Shown here: positions 19,062 through 29,268 of the stretch, one piece after another
Position numbering within the stretch: position 1 is the first letter of the stretch
Layout of the letters: every line of letters begins with the position of its first letter
Assembly (NCBI GenBank): GCA_963662315.1
Contig: OY759353.1
Location: forward strand, 1,536,001-1,600,000
Direction of reading: 5' to 3'
DNA length: 64,000 nt
Source: Geopsychrobacteraceae bacterium
Lineage (GTDB): Bacteria; Desulfobacterota; Desulfuromonadia; Desulfuromonadales; Geopsychrobacteraceae
Made by a program: the position numbers and the translations under genes
Notes under the pieces: model-generated
Databases searched by the model: none
Told to the model about the DNA's origin: nothing
What the model saw: only the letters and a program-made list of their open reading frames with translations

Positions 19062-20060
19062 ATGAAACAGACCGACATTTATCATAAGCCTCTACACCTT
19101 GTCCTTAAAGAACACCCTTATGTGGAAGACTTTCTGACCTCATTCGGGCTGAGTATTGATCCGGGACTAGAGAGTCTGCAACTCTACCTGGACACCCTGA
19201 ATCCCGACCTTCTCGAAGATTTAGGGGTTGACCACTCACAGCTGTGCCAAAGCCTTGATGATTTCCTAACCGGGATGCTGGCGTTGCAGGATCCCCTGGA
19301 TAAAGTTGATTCCCTTACGATCATCGGCGGACAGGACAAAAATGGTGCTCCTGAAAACATTGATCTGCACCTTACACCGGGACAGGTTATTTGCATTGTG
19401 GGTCCAACAGGCAGTGGCAAAAGCCGCCTGCTTGCCGATATCGAATGGGTCGCTCAGGGCGACACGCCAACGGGTCGCAAAATTCTGATTAACGGTCAGC
19501 CCCCTGAAAGTAAATGGCGTTTTTCGACTGAACACAAACTCGTTGCCCAACTTTCTCAGAACATGAATTTTGTTATGGATCTAACAGCAGAAGAATTCAT
19601 CCGCATGCATGCGGAGAGCCGCTTTGTGCCCCATGCTGAAGAGAAGATTCAACATATTCTGCAACAGGCCAATGAGCTTGCCGGAGAACGTTTTTCACCT
19701 CAAGCTCCTGTAACCTCCCTGAGTGGCGGTCAATCGCGCGCCCTGATGATTGCCGACATGGCATTTTTAAGCAAATCCCCAATTGCATTGATCGATGAAA
19801 TCGAAAATGCCGGTATCGATCGAAAAAAAGCATTAGAGCTGCTGGTCCGGGAAGAAAAAATAGTCCTCATGGCCACCCATGATCCGATATTGGCTCTGAT
19901 GGGGGACAAACGGCTCGTTATCAAAAATGGCGGGATCCATAAAATCATCGAATCAAGTCAGGCTGAACGGGAAAATCTGCGCCAGCTGGAAGAACTGGAC
20001 AACAAATTATTAGCACTTAGAAACCGGATTCGTTCCGGCGGGACCCTTGAACAGATTTAA
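19062..20060 (+). CDS. Orphan ABC-type ATPase with N-terminal extension
   Basis: GPTGSGKS, LSGGQ, LIDEIEN, ATHD; no permease in the operon; start taken at ATG 19062 (MKQTD). Confidence 0.85.
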   Translation: MKQTDIYHKPLHLVLKEHPYVEDFLTSFGLSIDPGLESLQLYLDTLNPDLLEDLGVDHSQLCQSLDDFLTGMLALQDPLDKVDSLTIIGGQDKNGAPENIDLHLTPGQVICIVGPTGSGKSRLLADIEWVAQGDTPTGRKILINGQPPESKWRFSTEHKLVAQLSQNMNFVMDLTAEEFIRMHAESRFVPHAEEKIQHILQQANELAGERFSPQAPVTSLSGGQSRALMIADMAFLSKSPIALIDEIENAGIDRKKALELLVREEKIVLMATHDPILALMGDKRLVIKNGGIHKIIESSQAERENLRQLEELDNKLLALRNRIRSGGTLEQI

Positions 20061-20072
20061 AAGGAGAACAGT

Positions 20073-20315
20073 ATGCACGATGGATGTCAGGGAAGTTTCA
20101 GTGGCGGCGCTCAAGTCGTCGACAAACTACGTCAAATGGGTTTTAGTCAGATGGCCATGCCGGTACCGGCTGAAATACAGTGCCACGGTTGTGGCAATGC
20201 ATTTATCATGCAGACAATGGAAGATAAATGCGATCATTGCGGTATGGTTTACGGCGTCACACCATGCCATGCCCACGACACACGGAGTATTCAGGCAGCT
20301 GGGATCAATTATTAA
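20073..20315 (+). CDS. Small Cys/His-rich putative metal-binding protein
   Basis: 80 aa: MHDGC, CHGC, CDHC, PCHAH; AAGGAG RBS right after the ATPase stop. Confidence 0.8.
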   Translation: MHDGCQGSFSGGAQVVDKLRQMGFSQMAMPVPAEIQCHGCGNAFIMQTMEDKCDHCGMVYGVTPCHAHDTRSIQAAGINY

Positions 20316-20347
20316 ACCTAAATGAGAACATAGTCCCGGATTTACGA

Positions 20348-20998
20348 TTAAGCCGGGACTTTTCCAGCTTGATCACAAATAAATTTCCACAGATTTTCCT
20401 GAGTCTGTTTGTCCACAGGGTCAAACCGAATCCCGATTACCGGACCGTTGCCGGCCAACTCCTTCACTTTTTCTACCCAACAGATCTCTCCACTTAAAAT
20501 AAATTCACTGACGCAATGGGGAAGAAAAAATTTCAGCCGCAAGGAGTTTCGTACTTTAGGGCGCATCCGGCCTGATACAAGCTGAATACATGCACCTTCC
20601 ATGCTCAGATTCTGAAAAAATCCTTCAACCTCAGTTCCAGCATAAGCAATTCGACAACTGATAGGAGAATCAAACTCACAGCGAAAATGATCGCGGGCTC
20701 CGGTCATCATTCCTTGCAGAATTTTAAGAAACTGCTCGATACTCTTTTTACTTTCTATACGGCTAACAAGATTGTCGTGCAGGTGGCTATGTTCATCGAT
20801 GACTTCGTCAAGTAATTTACGATAACGAAAAAATCTTTTAAGCAGATCATTTCGGTCAAAGGTAAACCCATTGGATGAAACCAGAACATTATTAACCGGA
20901 ACCGTAGCCTCACAATGTTCACACCGAATTTGTGAAATTTCTGCGAGAAGCACTGACTTGATATATTTCTGACAACTGGGACACTTCATGATCAACAT
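20348..20998 (-). CDS. Zinc-ribbon + PilZ domain protein (putative c-di-GMP receptor)
   Basis: CPSC..CEHC at the N-terminus; RDHFR (RxxxR), NLSMEG (D/NxSxxG), GIRF; GGAG RBS. Confidence 0.82.
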   Translation of the reverse strand: MLIMKCPSCQKYIKSVLLAEISQIRCEHCEATVPVNNVLVSSNGFTFDRNDLLKRFFRYRKLLDEVIDEHSHLHDNLVSRIESKKSIEQFLKILQGMMTGARDHFRCEFDSPISCRIAYAGTEVEGFFQNLSMEGACIQLVSGRMRPKVRNSLRLKFFLPHCVSEFILSGEICWVEKVKELAGNGPVIGIRFDPVDKQTQENLWKFICDQAGKVPA

Positions 20999-21216
20999 AG
21001 CGTATTCTCCAGATATGACGAAATATCGTAGTAGTGAAAAAAAGCAAACCTCAACTGTGAGTCTGCTTCTTCACACGCAATTAATTAAAGACAGCCCTCC
21101 CTCAGCCCCTGCATTAACCTCAATTAACTTTACTATCGGATATAAAGAAAGACAAGTGACAAAATCATTTCACAAAGATCAATGAATTATCAAGCAGTGA
21201 ATTTTAAACAGGACAT

Positions 21217-21246
21217 AAAAAAAGCGGCAGAAACAATCTGCCGCTT
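21217..21246 (-). terminator. Intrinsic terminator after rplI
   Basis: Minus strand AAGCGGCAGA-TTGTT-TCTGCCGCTTTTTTT. Confidence 0.85.
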
Positions 21247-21277
21247 GAGGAACACATATAAAAAAGACCGATAAGAA

Positions 21278-21733
21278 TCAGGCTTCTTCCTGAGCTACAA
21301 CAACCTTGATATCAGCAACAATGCCAGCATCAAGCTTAATGGCGACAGCATGCTCACCAAGAGATTTGATGGCATCGCTCAGTTGAATCTTTTTACGATC
21401 AATTTCGATTCCGGCCTCTTTGAGTTTCGCTTCGATATCCATCGAGGTGACGGAACCAAACAATTTGCCTTCTTCACTGGCACGCTGAGAAAACTCACAA
21501 GTCACCTTTTCAATGCGTGCTTTAAGAGCCTGTGCATCCTGGGTAACTTTTTCGAGCTTACGAGCGAGTTGACGTTTCTGGTGTTCAAGAGCTTTAACGT
21601 TACGCTCATCAGCAATGCTGGCCAGACCTTGTGGGACAAGGTAGTTACGGGCATAACCGGCCTTGACACTAACAACATCACCAATCGTGCCGAGACCATC
21701 AATATTCTCTTTTAAAATGACATTGGTATTCAT
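21278..21733 (-). CDS. rplI: 50S ribosomal protein L9
   Basis: LG..GDVVSVKAGYARNYLVP, GKLFGSVT. Confidence 0.98.
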   Translation of the reverse strand: MNTNVILKENIDGLGTIGDVVSVKAGYARNYLVPQGLASIADERNVKALEHQKRQLARKLEKVTQDAQALKARIEKVTCEFSQRASEEGKLFGSVTSMDIEAKLKEAGIEIDRKKIQLSDAIKSLGEHAVAIKLDAGIVADIKVVVAQEEA

Positions 21734-21759
21734 ATATCTCCTCCGTATCGGATCGAGTT

Positions 21760-22689
21760 CTAAATCTGTTTTTGTCGGGGTCGGCGAAAATCAATCCACA
21801 AATCGAATACGCCAACACTCGTTACAATGACGGGCAAGGGATTCACTACCAGCAGTAACAGGTAAAGCATCGACTTGACCGACCTGGGGTAATTTTTACG
21901 TCGTAAAAAATGATGAACGACAGCCAACCCCTGAAAAAAATACAATGGCAGCATAACCAGAAGAATGTTCCAGCCAATTGTCACAACAACTGCCTGAGGT
22001 ACAAACTGCAGGAAACCACCCACTATCAACAACCAGATCAAGTGCGGTGGGGTCCGCCAACGGGCAAAAGAGGGACCACTGATACTTTCCCCTTTAACCT
22101 TGACTCGCTGCAGAATCAACAGAGTAAGGGCCTGAATCGCGATAAGGGTTGCGAGATACAACCCGAAAAATCCACGTTTTACAAAAGCTCCCATGCTCTG
22201 AATGGCCTGCGACATTTCTTTGAGCTGGTCAGCAGACAATCCGGCTTTTTGGTACACAACCAGCGCCTGATCAACTTCAGACTGGACGACCTGATTGACA
22301 ATCCCGGTAATACTTACATTATTAATCACTACAGTGGCAAACATGATTGCCATAATGACAGCAGCCGTTCCGGCAGCCGTATACAATATAGCCTTATCCC
22401 ATGGAAATAAACGGTGCAGGAGATAGGGCAAAAGCAAAGATCCGATCCCAAACAGCCCAAGATAGGCCACAAGAGTGTAGGTTGACGCAAGCTCAATGAG
22501 TAACAGACAGGTCACAACAACAACAATAAGACTGGTCTTTACACCATACCGCATACCAAGATAAGCTGCAGGGAGTGGGGTCAGAAAGTTAATAAAAGCA
22601 CCAAAAGGGCCTAAAAAACTGACTCCAAGCAGGCAAACCAGAGTAATTCCGATTGCTGCAGCAGTAAATAGTAAGGGTTGAGCTAACAT
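21760..22689 (-). CDS. YybS/DUF2232 family membrane protein
   Basis: Hydrophobic; YFFQGLAV and GVFDLWIDFR motifs; usual position between rpsR and rplI. Confidence 0.85.
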   Translation of the reverse strand: MLAQPLLFTAAAIGITLVCLLGVSFLGPFGAFINFLTPLPAAYLGMRYGVKTSLIVVVVTCLLLIELASTYTLVAYLGLFGIGSLLLPYLLHRLFPWDKAILYTAAGTAAVIMAIMFATVVINNVSITGIVNQVVQSEVDQALVVYQKAGLSADQLKEMSQAIQSMGAFVKRGFFGLYLATLIAIQALTLLILQRVKVKGESISGPSFARWRTPPHLIWLLIVGGFLQFVPQAVVVTIGWNILLVMLPLYFFQGLAVVHHFLRRKNYPRSVKSMLYLLLLVVNPLPVIVTSVGVFDLWIDFRRPRQKQI

Positions 22690-22707
22690 CTCTTTGCTTA
22701 CAGCATC

Positions 22708-22980
22708 TTACAATGAGTGAGATGCGGAATACGGAAGCAGGGCAATCTGCCGAGCGTTTTTAATTGCTTCTGCAATCTGACGCTGGTGCAGAGCACAGGT
22801 ACCGGAGATACGACGGGGAACAATTTTACCGCGTTCAGTTAAATAGTAACGCAGATTATCTACGTCTTTATAGTCGATCCGATGGTTTTTATCAGCACAA
22901 TAACGGCAGATTTTACGACGACCAAAACGACGACGTGGAGCCGATGATGATGAAGGACGATCAGATTTTTCGTAAGCCAT
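22708..22980 (-). CDS. rpsR: 30S ribosomal protein S18 (Zn-ligand C+ form)
   Basis: [37 protein letters not shown]. Confidence 0.98.
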   Translation of the reverse strand: MAYEKSDRPSSSSAPRRRFGRRKICRYCADKNHRIDYKDVDNLRYYLTERGKIVPRRISGTCALHQRQIAEAIKNARQIALLPYSASHSL

Positions 22981-23006
22981 GATATTATCTCCTGAAAGTT
23001 ATGCGT

Positions 23007-23369
23007 TTATTCTTCTTCGTCTGCGAAATCATCGTCTTCTTCGCGAGATACTGCTTTCGTAGCAGTTTCAGCAGCCTGGAAATCCCCCTCAACCTTAACA
23101 GTCAGGAAGCGCAGGATGTTTTCGTCAAGACGCAGACGACGTTCATATTCAGCGATAACTTCTGGCCCGGCAGTAAACAGGACCTGGACATAACAGCCAC
23201 GTTCAGCCTTTTTGATAGGGTAAGCAAGCTTACGCACTCCCCAATTGTCCAGTTTAAAGATCTCTGCCGACTGATCAGTCAGGATCGCCTGGAATTTCTC
23301 CACCAGGGCAGTCAGCTCGTCGCCAACAACTTCCGGGTGAATAATGTAGAGTGATTCATAGTTTCTCAT
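23007..23369 (-). CDS. rpsF: 30S ribosomal protein S6
   Basis: MRNYE, WGVRKLAYPIKK, ILRFLTVK. Confidence 0.98.
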   Translation of the reverse strand: MRNYESLYIIHPEVVGDELTALVEKFQAILTDQSAEIFKLDNWGVRKLAYPIKKAERGCYVQVLFTAGPEVIAEYERRLRLDENILRFLTVKVEGDFQAAETATKAVSREEDDDFADEEE

Positions 23370-23377
23370 CTGTGATT

Positions 23378-23425
23378 CTCCTCACGGGTTTACAGCCCCA
23401 TCAGTTTCTTGATTGGAGCAAGGAT
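23378..23425 (-). promoter_or_regulatory. S6:S18 ribosomal protein leader (cis-regulatory RNA)
   Basis: Minus strand CCTTGCTCC-stem-GGGGC...ACCCG-TGAGGAG, where CCTT can pair with the SD and a CCC bulge precedes it, directly upstream of rpsF. Confidence 0.65.
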
Positions 23426-23564
23426 TTATCCAAAGCCACCATAGCTCAGGACGAAAGTACTGCTTCTAGCACAAGCTTCTCTATTTTTCAAGTTTATTCA
23501 AGCCACTTACGCAATCATTTCATATAGCCGCCTGAATAGACTAAAAAGCTTTGAAAGATCTTTC

Positions 23565-24659
23565 CTAAACATTAAAGCGGAAGTGCATAATATCACCGTC
23601 TATAACGCGATACTCCTTACCTTCGAGCCTCAGCAAGCCCTTTTCTTTTGCTCCACTTTCACCTCCTGCCTGAAGATAATCTTTAAAAGCGGTAACCTCA
23701 GCCCGGATGAAACCTTTTTCGAAGTCAGTATGAATAACTCCAGCGGCCTGGGGAGCCAATGCTCCGTCAGGAATTGTCCAGGCCCTGACTTCTTTAACCC
23801 CGGCAGTAAAGTAGGTAATAAGTCCCAGCAATTTATATCCAGCATGAATCATACGATCAAGGCCTGATTCCTGCAAACCAAGCTCACTAAGAAAGTCAGC
23901 CTTCTCATCAGCGTCAAGTTCGGCAATTTCCGACTCAATTTTGCCACAGATGGTCACCATTTCAGCCCCCTCGGAGTCAGCATGGGCTTTTACGGTAGCG
24001 ACAAACGGGTGAGTTCCCTCAAGGTCATCCTCAGCGACATTGGCCACGTACAGAACCGGCTTCATGGTTATCAGATGCAATTCAGCAACTAGCTTGCGCT
24101 CATCAGCATCAAGTGCGACTGAGCGCGCCGGAGCCCCTTCATTAAGAGCTGCAGCAAGTTTTTCCAAAACGGTTATCTCAGCCTGAAGCTTTTTATCTCC
24201 ACTTTTAGCCTGTTTCTTGCCGCGAACAATCCGCTTGTCAATACTTTCCAGGTCAGCAAGATTCAGCTCCGTCTGGATAACTTCGATATCACGCAGAGGA
24301 TCAACAGAACCGTCGACATGAATCACATTATCGTCGTCAAAGCAGCGCACAATATGGGCAATAGCATCAACCTGCCGGATATGCCCCAAAAACTGATTCC
24401 CTAACCCCTCCCCCTTACTGGCGCCACGAACCAGGCCGGCAATGTCGACAAACTCCATGGAGGTCGGAAGAATATTCTGAGGGTGCACGATTTCAGCTAA
24501 TTGTTGCAGCCGTGGGTCAGGGACAGCAACCACCCCGACATTTGGTTCAATCGTGCAAAACGGGTAGTTTGCCGATTCAGCACCGGCAGAAGTGATGGCA
24601 TTGAATATTGTCGATTTACCGACATTCGGCAGCCCGACGATCCCACATTTAAATCCCAT
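23565..24659 (-). CDS. ychF: Redox-regulated ATPase YchF
   Basis: [45 protein letters not shown]; start at MGFKC. Confidence 0.97.
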   Translation of the reverse strand: MGFKCGIVGLPNVGKSTIFNAITSAGAESANYPFCTIEPNVGVVAVPDPRLQQLAEIVHPQNILPTSMEFVDIAGLVRGASKGEGLGNQFLGHIRQVDAIAHIVRCFDDDNVIHVDGSVDPLRDIEVIQTELNLADLESIDKRIVRGKKQAKSGDKKLQAEITVLEKLAAALNEGAPARSVALDADERKLVAELHLITMKPVLYVANVAEDDLEGTHPFVATVKAHADSEGAEMVTICGKIESEIAELDADEKADFLSELGLQESGLDRMIHAGYKLLGLITYFTAGVKEVRAWTIPDGALAPQAAGVIHTDFEKGFIRAEVTAFKDYLQAGGESGAKEKGLLRLEGKEYRVIDGDIMHFRFNV

Positions 24660-24679
24660 ATCTATTTTCCTTGAAAAAC

Positions 24680-24709
24680 TGATAGCCGGGGCAACAACCC
24701 CGGCTATCA
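24680..24709. other. Perfect 12-bp hairpin between hppA and ychF
   Basis: TGATAGCCGGGG-CAACAA-CCCCGGCTATCA; weak T tract on the minus strand. Confidence 0.6.
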
Positions 24710-24741
24710 CGTGCAATGTTATTGAATTAAAAAGTAGCTTT

Positions 24742-26757
24742 TCAGATCAGTAGTGGAGCAATAACCAATGAAACAACACTCATCAGTTTGATAAGAATAT
24801 TCATTGCCGGGCCAGAAGTATCCTTAAAGGGGTCACCAACCGTGTCACCAATAACGGCAGCAGCGTGTGCCTCACCACCCTTACTTTCACCTTCAAGCTG
24901 TCCACTTTCGATATACTTCTTAGCGTTATCCCAGGCACCGCCACCATTGGACATCATCAGTGCGAGCAGAACCCCGGCCAGGGTAGCACCGGCCAGCATG
25001 CCGCCGAGAGCCTCTTTACCGAGAAGAAAGCCAACCAGAACCGGTGCTACAACAGCAACAACCCCTGGCAGGATCATTTCTTTAAGGGCAGCCCGAGCGG
25101 AGATATCAACGCAGCGCTGAGAGTCAGGTTTAACACCCTCAACACCATCCAGAAGACCTGGAGTCTCACGGAATTGACGGCGAATTTCATCAACCATGGC
25201 TCCAGCAGCCCGGCCGACACTGGTCATGGTCAAAGCACCGATGAAAAATGGCAATGCACCACCAATCAACAGGCCGATAACAACCATCGGGTCGATCAGG
25301 TTAATGGAATCAAGACCAACCGTTGTAGCATAAGCAGAGAACAAGGCCAGGGCAGTCAATGCAGCAGAACCGATAGCAAACCCCTTACCGATGGCAGCAG
25401 TAGTATTACCGATAGCGTCAAGACCATCCGTAATTTTGCGCACATCGGGACCGAGACCCGCCATTTCAGAAATACCGCCAGCATTATCAGCAATCGGGCC
25501 GTAAGCATCAACGGTCATGGTAACCCCAACTGTAGCCAGCATACCAACAGCGGCGATACCGATACCGTAGAGCCCAGCAAAGTAGTTGGCGACAAAAATG
25601 CCGATACAGATGATCAGAATCGGCAGCGCGGTCGATTCGAGACCGACGGCAAGACCATGAATAATGTTGGTAGCAGGGCCAGTTTTACTGGCTTCAGCAA
25701 TACGTGCCACCGGAGTGTGTGCGGTGTAATATTCGGTAATCTGACCAATAGCAATACCCGCCAAAGTACCGGCAAGAATAGCCCAGAAAATACCTATAGT
25801 AAGACCCACCACGAGAATATAAATCAGAGCGGCAACCAGAAACCCGGCAGCGGCAACAAAGGTGGTGTAGTGCAAAGCTTTGGCCGGATCTTTTCCCTTA
25901 AGAACCTTCATGGAAGCAATACCGATCAGCGAGAACACCAGGCCGAGCATCGCAAGGGCCAATGGCAAGAGCATCGCGCTTGATTGTACTGTGGCACCAA
26001 CACCAAGCTTGGCAAGCAGTTCCGGCCCGGCCGCAGCAGCAATAGCCATAGTCGCAATAATTGATCCAACGTAGGATTCAAAAATATCGGCACCCATACC
26101 AGCGGTATCGCCAACACAGTCACCGACATTGTCTGCAATTACACCGGGATTACGTGGATCATCCTCGGGAATCCCTGCTTCAACTTTACCAACCAGGTCA
26201 GCACCAACGTCAGCAGCCTTTGTGTAAATTCCGCCACCGACACGGGCAAACAGTGCAATTGAGGACGCCCCCATCGCGAAACCGTTGATATATTTTGCTG
26301 ATTCAGGGTTACCACCAAAGAAGATATAAGCGATCCCGACACCGACCAGACCAAGAGACGCAACAGCAAGACCCATAACAGCGCCGCCGTTAAAAGACAC
26401 CTCAAGAGCCTTAGCCTGACCATGAGCGCGCGCTGCCTCAGAAGTACGGACATTGGCCCGGGTCGCAGCTTTCATACCGATGAAGCCACAGGTCATAGAG
26501 CAAATAGCACCACCGACAAATGCAACGGCCGTTTTCCAGCTCATCGCAATTGCGATAAGAACAAACACCACTACGATAAAAATAGCAAGAACGCGGTATT
26601 CCCGACCAAGGAACGCCATAGCACCATCATGGATATCATCAGAAATCTCACGCATTCTTTCATTGCCGACCGGTTGTGCCTTAACAATTCGATAAAGCAC
26701 GATCGCGATCACAAATCCAACCACCCCGAAAATAGGAGCCCACATTTGCAGTTGCAT
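24742..26757 (-). CDS. hppA: Membrane-bound K+-dependent (probably Na+-translocating) pyrophosphatase
   Basis: [29 protein letters not shown] (K+-dependent Ala signature), [14 protein letters not shown]. Confidence 0.95.
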   Translation of the reverse strand: MQLQMWAPIFGVVGFVIAIVLYRIVKAQPVGNERMREISDDIHDGAMAFLGREYRVLAIFIVVVFVLIAIAMSWKTAVAFVGGAICSMTCGFIGMKAATRANVRTSEAARAHGQAKALEVSFNGGAVMGLAVASLGLVGVGIAYIFFGGNPESAKYINGFAMGASSIALFARVGGGIYTKAADVGADLVGKVEAGIPEDDPRNPGVIADNVGDCVGDTAGMGADIFESYVGSIIATMAIAAAAGPELLAKLGVGATVQSSAMLLPLALAMLGLVFSLIGIASMKVLKGKDPAKALHYTTFVAAAGFLVAALIYILVVGLTIGIFWAILAGTLAGIAIGQITEYYTAHTPVARIAEASKTGPATNIIHGLAVGLESTALPILIICIGIFVANYFAGLYGIGIAAVGMLATVGVTMTVDAYGPIADNAGGISEMAGLGPDVRKITDGLDAIGNTTAAIGKGFAIGSAALTALALFSAYATTVGLDSINLIDPMVVIGLLIGGALPFFIGALTMTSVGRAAGAMVDEIRRQFRETPGLLDGVEGVKPDSQRCVDISARAALKEMILPGVVAVVAPVLVGFLLGKEALGGMLAGATLAGVLLALMMSNGGGAWDNAKKYIESGQLEGESKGGEAHAAAVIGDTVGDPFKDTSGPAMNILIKLMSVVSLVIAPLLI

Positions 26758-26792
26758 CTGTCCCTGCCTCTCTTCTGTTTTGTTGTTATAAG

Positions 26793-27365
26793 TTATTCGA
26801 CCAGGTTAAAATTATTAAACGTATTCATGGCATCGAATACGCCGTCCGCCAAGATTTTTTCACTTGCCTGGGCTGCCGCGTCTAGCAGGTACGGTAACAA
26901 TTTTTGCTCATTACTGCTGAAAGAACTTAAAACATGCCCAGTAACATCACCAAATTCAGGTCGGCCAATACCCACACGTACCCGGATAAAATCTTTTACG
27001 CCAAGCACGGCAATGATATCACGGATACCGTTATGTCCACCGTGGCCCCCTTCTTTTTTGATACGTAGCCGACCGAAAGGCAAATCAAGATCGTCATAGA
27101 TGACAATCAAATCCCCCGGTGGTATGCCGAGGGATCGATAAGCGGCATTGACGCTAGCGCCACTATTATTCATAAAAGTCTGAGGCAACAAAACTGTCGC
27201 CTGCTCGGTCGCAATGCGACCGACGCCATAGACCCCCTGGTAACCACTTTTTTTTATTGCAATCTGATTCTGTCGGGCAACGTGTTCAGCAACCATAAAA
27301 CCGACATTGTGACGTGTCGATTCATATTTTTTACCCGGGTTCCCCAACCCGACCAGCAACTTCAC
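26793..27365 (-). CDS. pth: Peptidyl-tRNA hydrolase
   Basis: [30 protein letters not shown]. Confidence 0.97.
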   Translation of the reverse strand: MKLLVGLGNPGKKYESTRHNVGFMVAEHVARQNQIAIKKSGYQGVYGVGRIATEQATVLLPQTFMNNSGASVNAAYRSLGIPPGDLIVIYDDLDLPFGRLRIKKEGGHGGHNGIRDIIAVLGVKDFIRVRVGIGRPEFGDVTGHVLSSFSSNEQKLLPYLLDAAAQASEKILADGVFDAMNTFNNFNLVE

Positions 27366-27392
27366 AATAACCTCAATGGCCCGTCAAACAAA

Positions 27393-27989
27393 TTACTCAG
27401 CAGCTTCTTCTTCAGTTTCTTCGGTTTGCGCTTTGTGACCAACAATGGTAACAACTGTAAAGTTAACATCAAAAACCAAGTCAACGTTAGCTGGGGCCTT
27501 AACTTCTTCAATATGAATTGTGTCTCCAATTTCCAAAGCAGTTACATCGACCTCAATGTGTTGAGGAACCTCTGTAGGCAGACACATAACTTCGAGTTCA
27601 TGACGAATCAGCTGCAGTGAGCCACCCATCTTTTGGCCAGCCGATGTACCTACGGTCACGACTGGAATCATGAAAGAGGATTTTTCCTGCAGATCAATTG
27701 CCTGAAAATCGGCACAGATCATCTCTCTTCGCAAAGGATGCAGGTCAGCATCTTTCAAAACAACCATTGTGCCTTCAAGCCCGGCAACGCCCTTGAGAGT
27801 CAACAGGGTATTCATACCAGCTTCACCGGAAAGCGCGACTTCCAATTCCTTAGGGCTGACAACAATTGGTGTTGGCTCAATCTGCTTGCCGTAGACAACA
27901 GCAGGGATCTTGCCAACCGCACGCAGCTTCCGTGCTACACCTTTACCGGTACCTTCGCGTAATTCAATATTAAGTTCTGCTTGAGCCAT
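27393..27989 (-). CDS. rplY: 50S ribosomal protein L25/Ctc
   Basis: GKGVARKLR..GKIPAVVYG; long Ctc form. Confidence 0.95.
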   Translation of the reverse strand: MAQAELNIELREGTGKGVARKLRAVGKIPAVVYGKQIEPTPIVVSPKELEVALSGEAGMNTLLTLKGVAGLEGTMVVLKDADLHPLRREMICADFQAIDLQEKSSFMIPVVTVGTSAGQKMGGSLQLIRHELEVMCLPTEVPQHIEVDVTALEIGDTIHIEEVKAPANVDLVFDVNFTVVTIVGHKAQTEETEEEAAE

Positions 27990-28040
27990 CTATTTTTCCT
28001 CCATTTCAATGGTTCTGTAATAATTAGCCAATAATTCCGA

Positions 28041-28979
28041 TCAAACAAAAAGAGAGCTGACAGATTCAGCGTTATGAATGCGACGAATAGCTTCAGCCAG
28101 CAAATGACTGACAGGCAGAGTTGCCAGACGATCGCATTTTTCAATTTTGTCGGCTGTCGGAATCGTATCTGTAACGAATACCTTTTTCAATGCACTTTGA
28201 GAGATTCTGTCCAGAGCAGGTCCGGACAATACGCCGTGGGTTGCACACGCATAAACATCGGTAGCGCCATGTTCCTGCAAGGCCTTGGCTGCAGTGCACA
28301 GAGTACCGGCGGTGTCGATCATGTCGTCAATAATAACGCAGGGCTTACCTTTTACATCACCGATAATGTGCATCACTTCAGACACATTGGGCCCACTGCG
28401 TCTTTTATCGATAATAGCCAGTCCGGCATCCAGCCTTTTGGCGAAGGCTCTGGCACGTTCCGTACCACCGGCGTCAGGAGAAACAACCACCATATCACCG
28501 AGATTCTGTCTTCTGATTTCATCCAGCATAACCGGTGCCGCATAAAGATGATCAACAGGAAGGTTAAAAAAGCCTTGGATTTGGCCAGCGTGAAGATCCA
28601 TGGTCAGCAGGCGATCAATACCAGCTACCGACATCAGGTCAGCGACAAGCTTGGCGGTAATTGGTGCCCGTGGAGCAACCTTACGATCCTGACGCGCATA
28701 TCCGAAATACGGAACGACAGCATTGATGCGTGACGCCGAGGCTCTTTTCAGAGCATCGACCATGACCAGCAGCTCCATAAGATTAGTATTTGCCGGAGAG
28801 CATGTTGATTGAATAACATAGACATCCCGACCTCGCACATTCTCACCCAATTCAACCATAACTTCTCCATCGGAGAAGGTACGGACTTTGGCACTGCCCA
28901 ACTCGACGGAGAGGTGCCGGCAGATATCTCGGGCCAGTGGTTCATTTGAATTACCAGCAAAAATCTTTATCATGCTCAC
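28041..28979 (-). CDS. prs: Ribose-phosphate pyrophosphokinase
   Basis: [36 protein letters not shown]. Confidence 0.97.
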   Translation of the reverse strand: MSMIKIFAGNSNEPLARDICRHLSVELGSAKVRTFSDGEVMVELGENVRGRDVYVIQSTCSPANTNLMELLVMVDALKRASASRINAVVPYFGYARQDRKVAPRAPITAKLVADLMSVAGIDRLLTMDLHAGQIQGFFNLPVDHLYAAPVMLDEIRRQNLGDMVVVSPDAGGTERARAFAKRLDAGLAIIDKRRSGPNVSEVMHIIGDVKGKPCVIIDDMIDTAGTLCTAAKALQEHGATDVYACATHGVLSGPALDRISQSALKKVFVTDTIPTADKIEKCDRLATLPVSHLLAEAIRRIHNAESVSSLFV

Positions 28980-29103
28980 AGGTCTACCTATACGCGGAAA
29001 TATTAAACAGGGTTCTTAAAACATAAAAAGGCCAGTCCCCGTATCGACATCCGCAGACTAACCGCTTGCTTACAAGTCTTAACTTTATATATACAAGTTT
29101 GCG

Positions 29104-29178
29104 TGGCTGGGGCGCCAGGATTCGAACCTGGGAATGCCGGAATCAAAATCCGGTGCCTTACCGCTTGGCGACGCCCCA
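29104..29178 (-). tRNA. tRNA-Gln(TTG)
   Basis: TGGGGCGTCGCCAAGCGGTAAGGCACCGGATTTTGATTCCGGCATTCCCAGGTTCGAATCCTGGCGCCCCAGCCA: cloverleaf, TTG anticodon, encoded CCA; between ispE and prs. Confidence 0.97.
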
Positions 29179-29268
29179 ACAATCAACCTCTTATAGCAGA
29201 ACTCAGACAATTATCCTAGCGATAATCCCGCCTTTCTCCATATAAAGAAAAAGCCATAGATAATTCAC

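Noticed and set aside
4161..20315. Selenocysteine readthrough in redox genes ending in TGA
   Set aside because: The TGA stops fall at plausible family C-termini and are followed closely by the next gene or a terminator; no Cys-position TGA seen.
22980..23007. No ssb between rpsF and rpsR
   Set aside because: The rpsF-rpsR-yybS-rplI order without ssb is, to my knowledge, common in this lineage.
24865..25983. Long antisense ORFs (372 aa here; also 8113-9021, 55087-56073, 6109-6807, 57187-57888)
   Set aside because: They lie fully opposite well-conserved genes, have no motifs, and are expected from codon bias.
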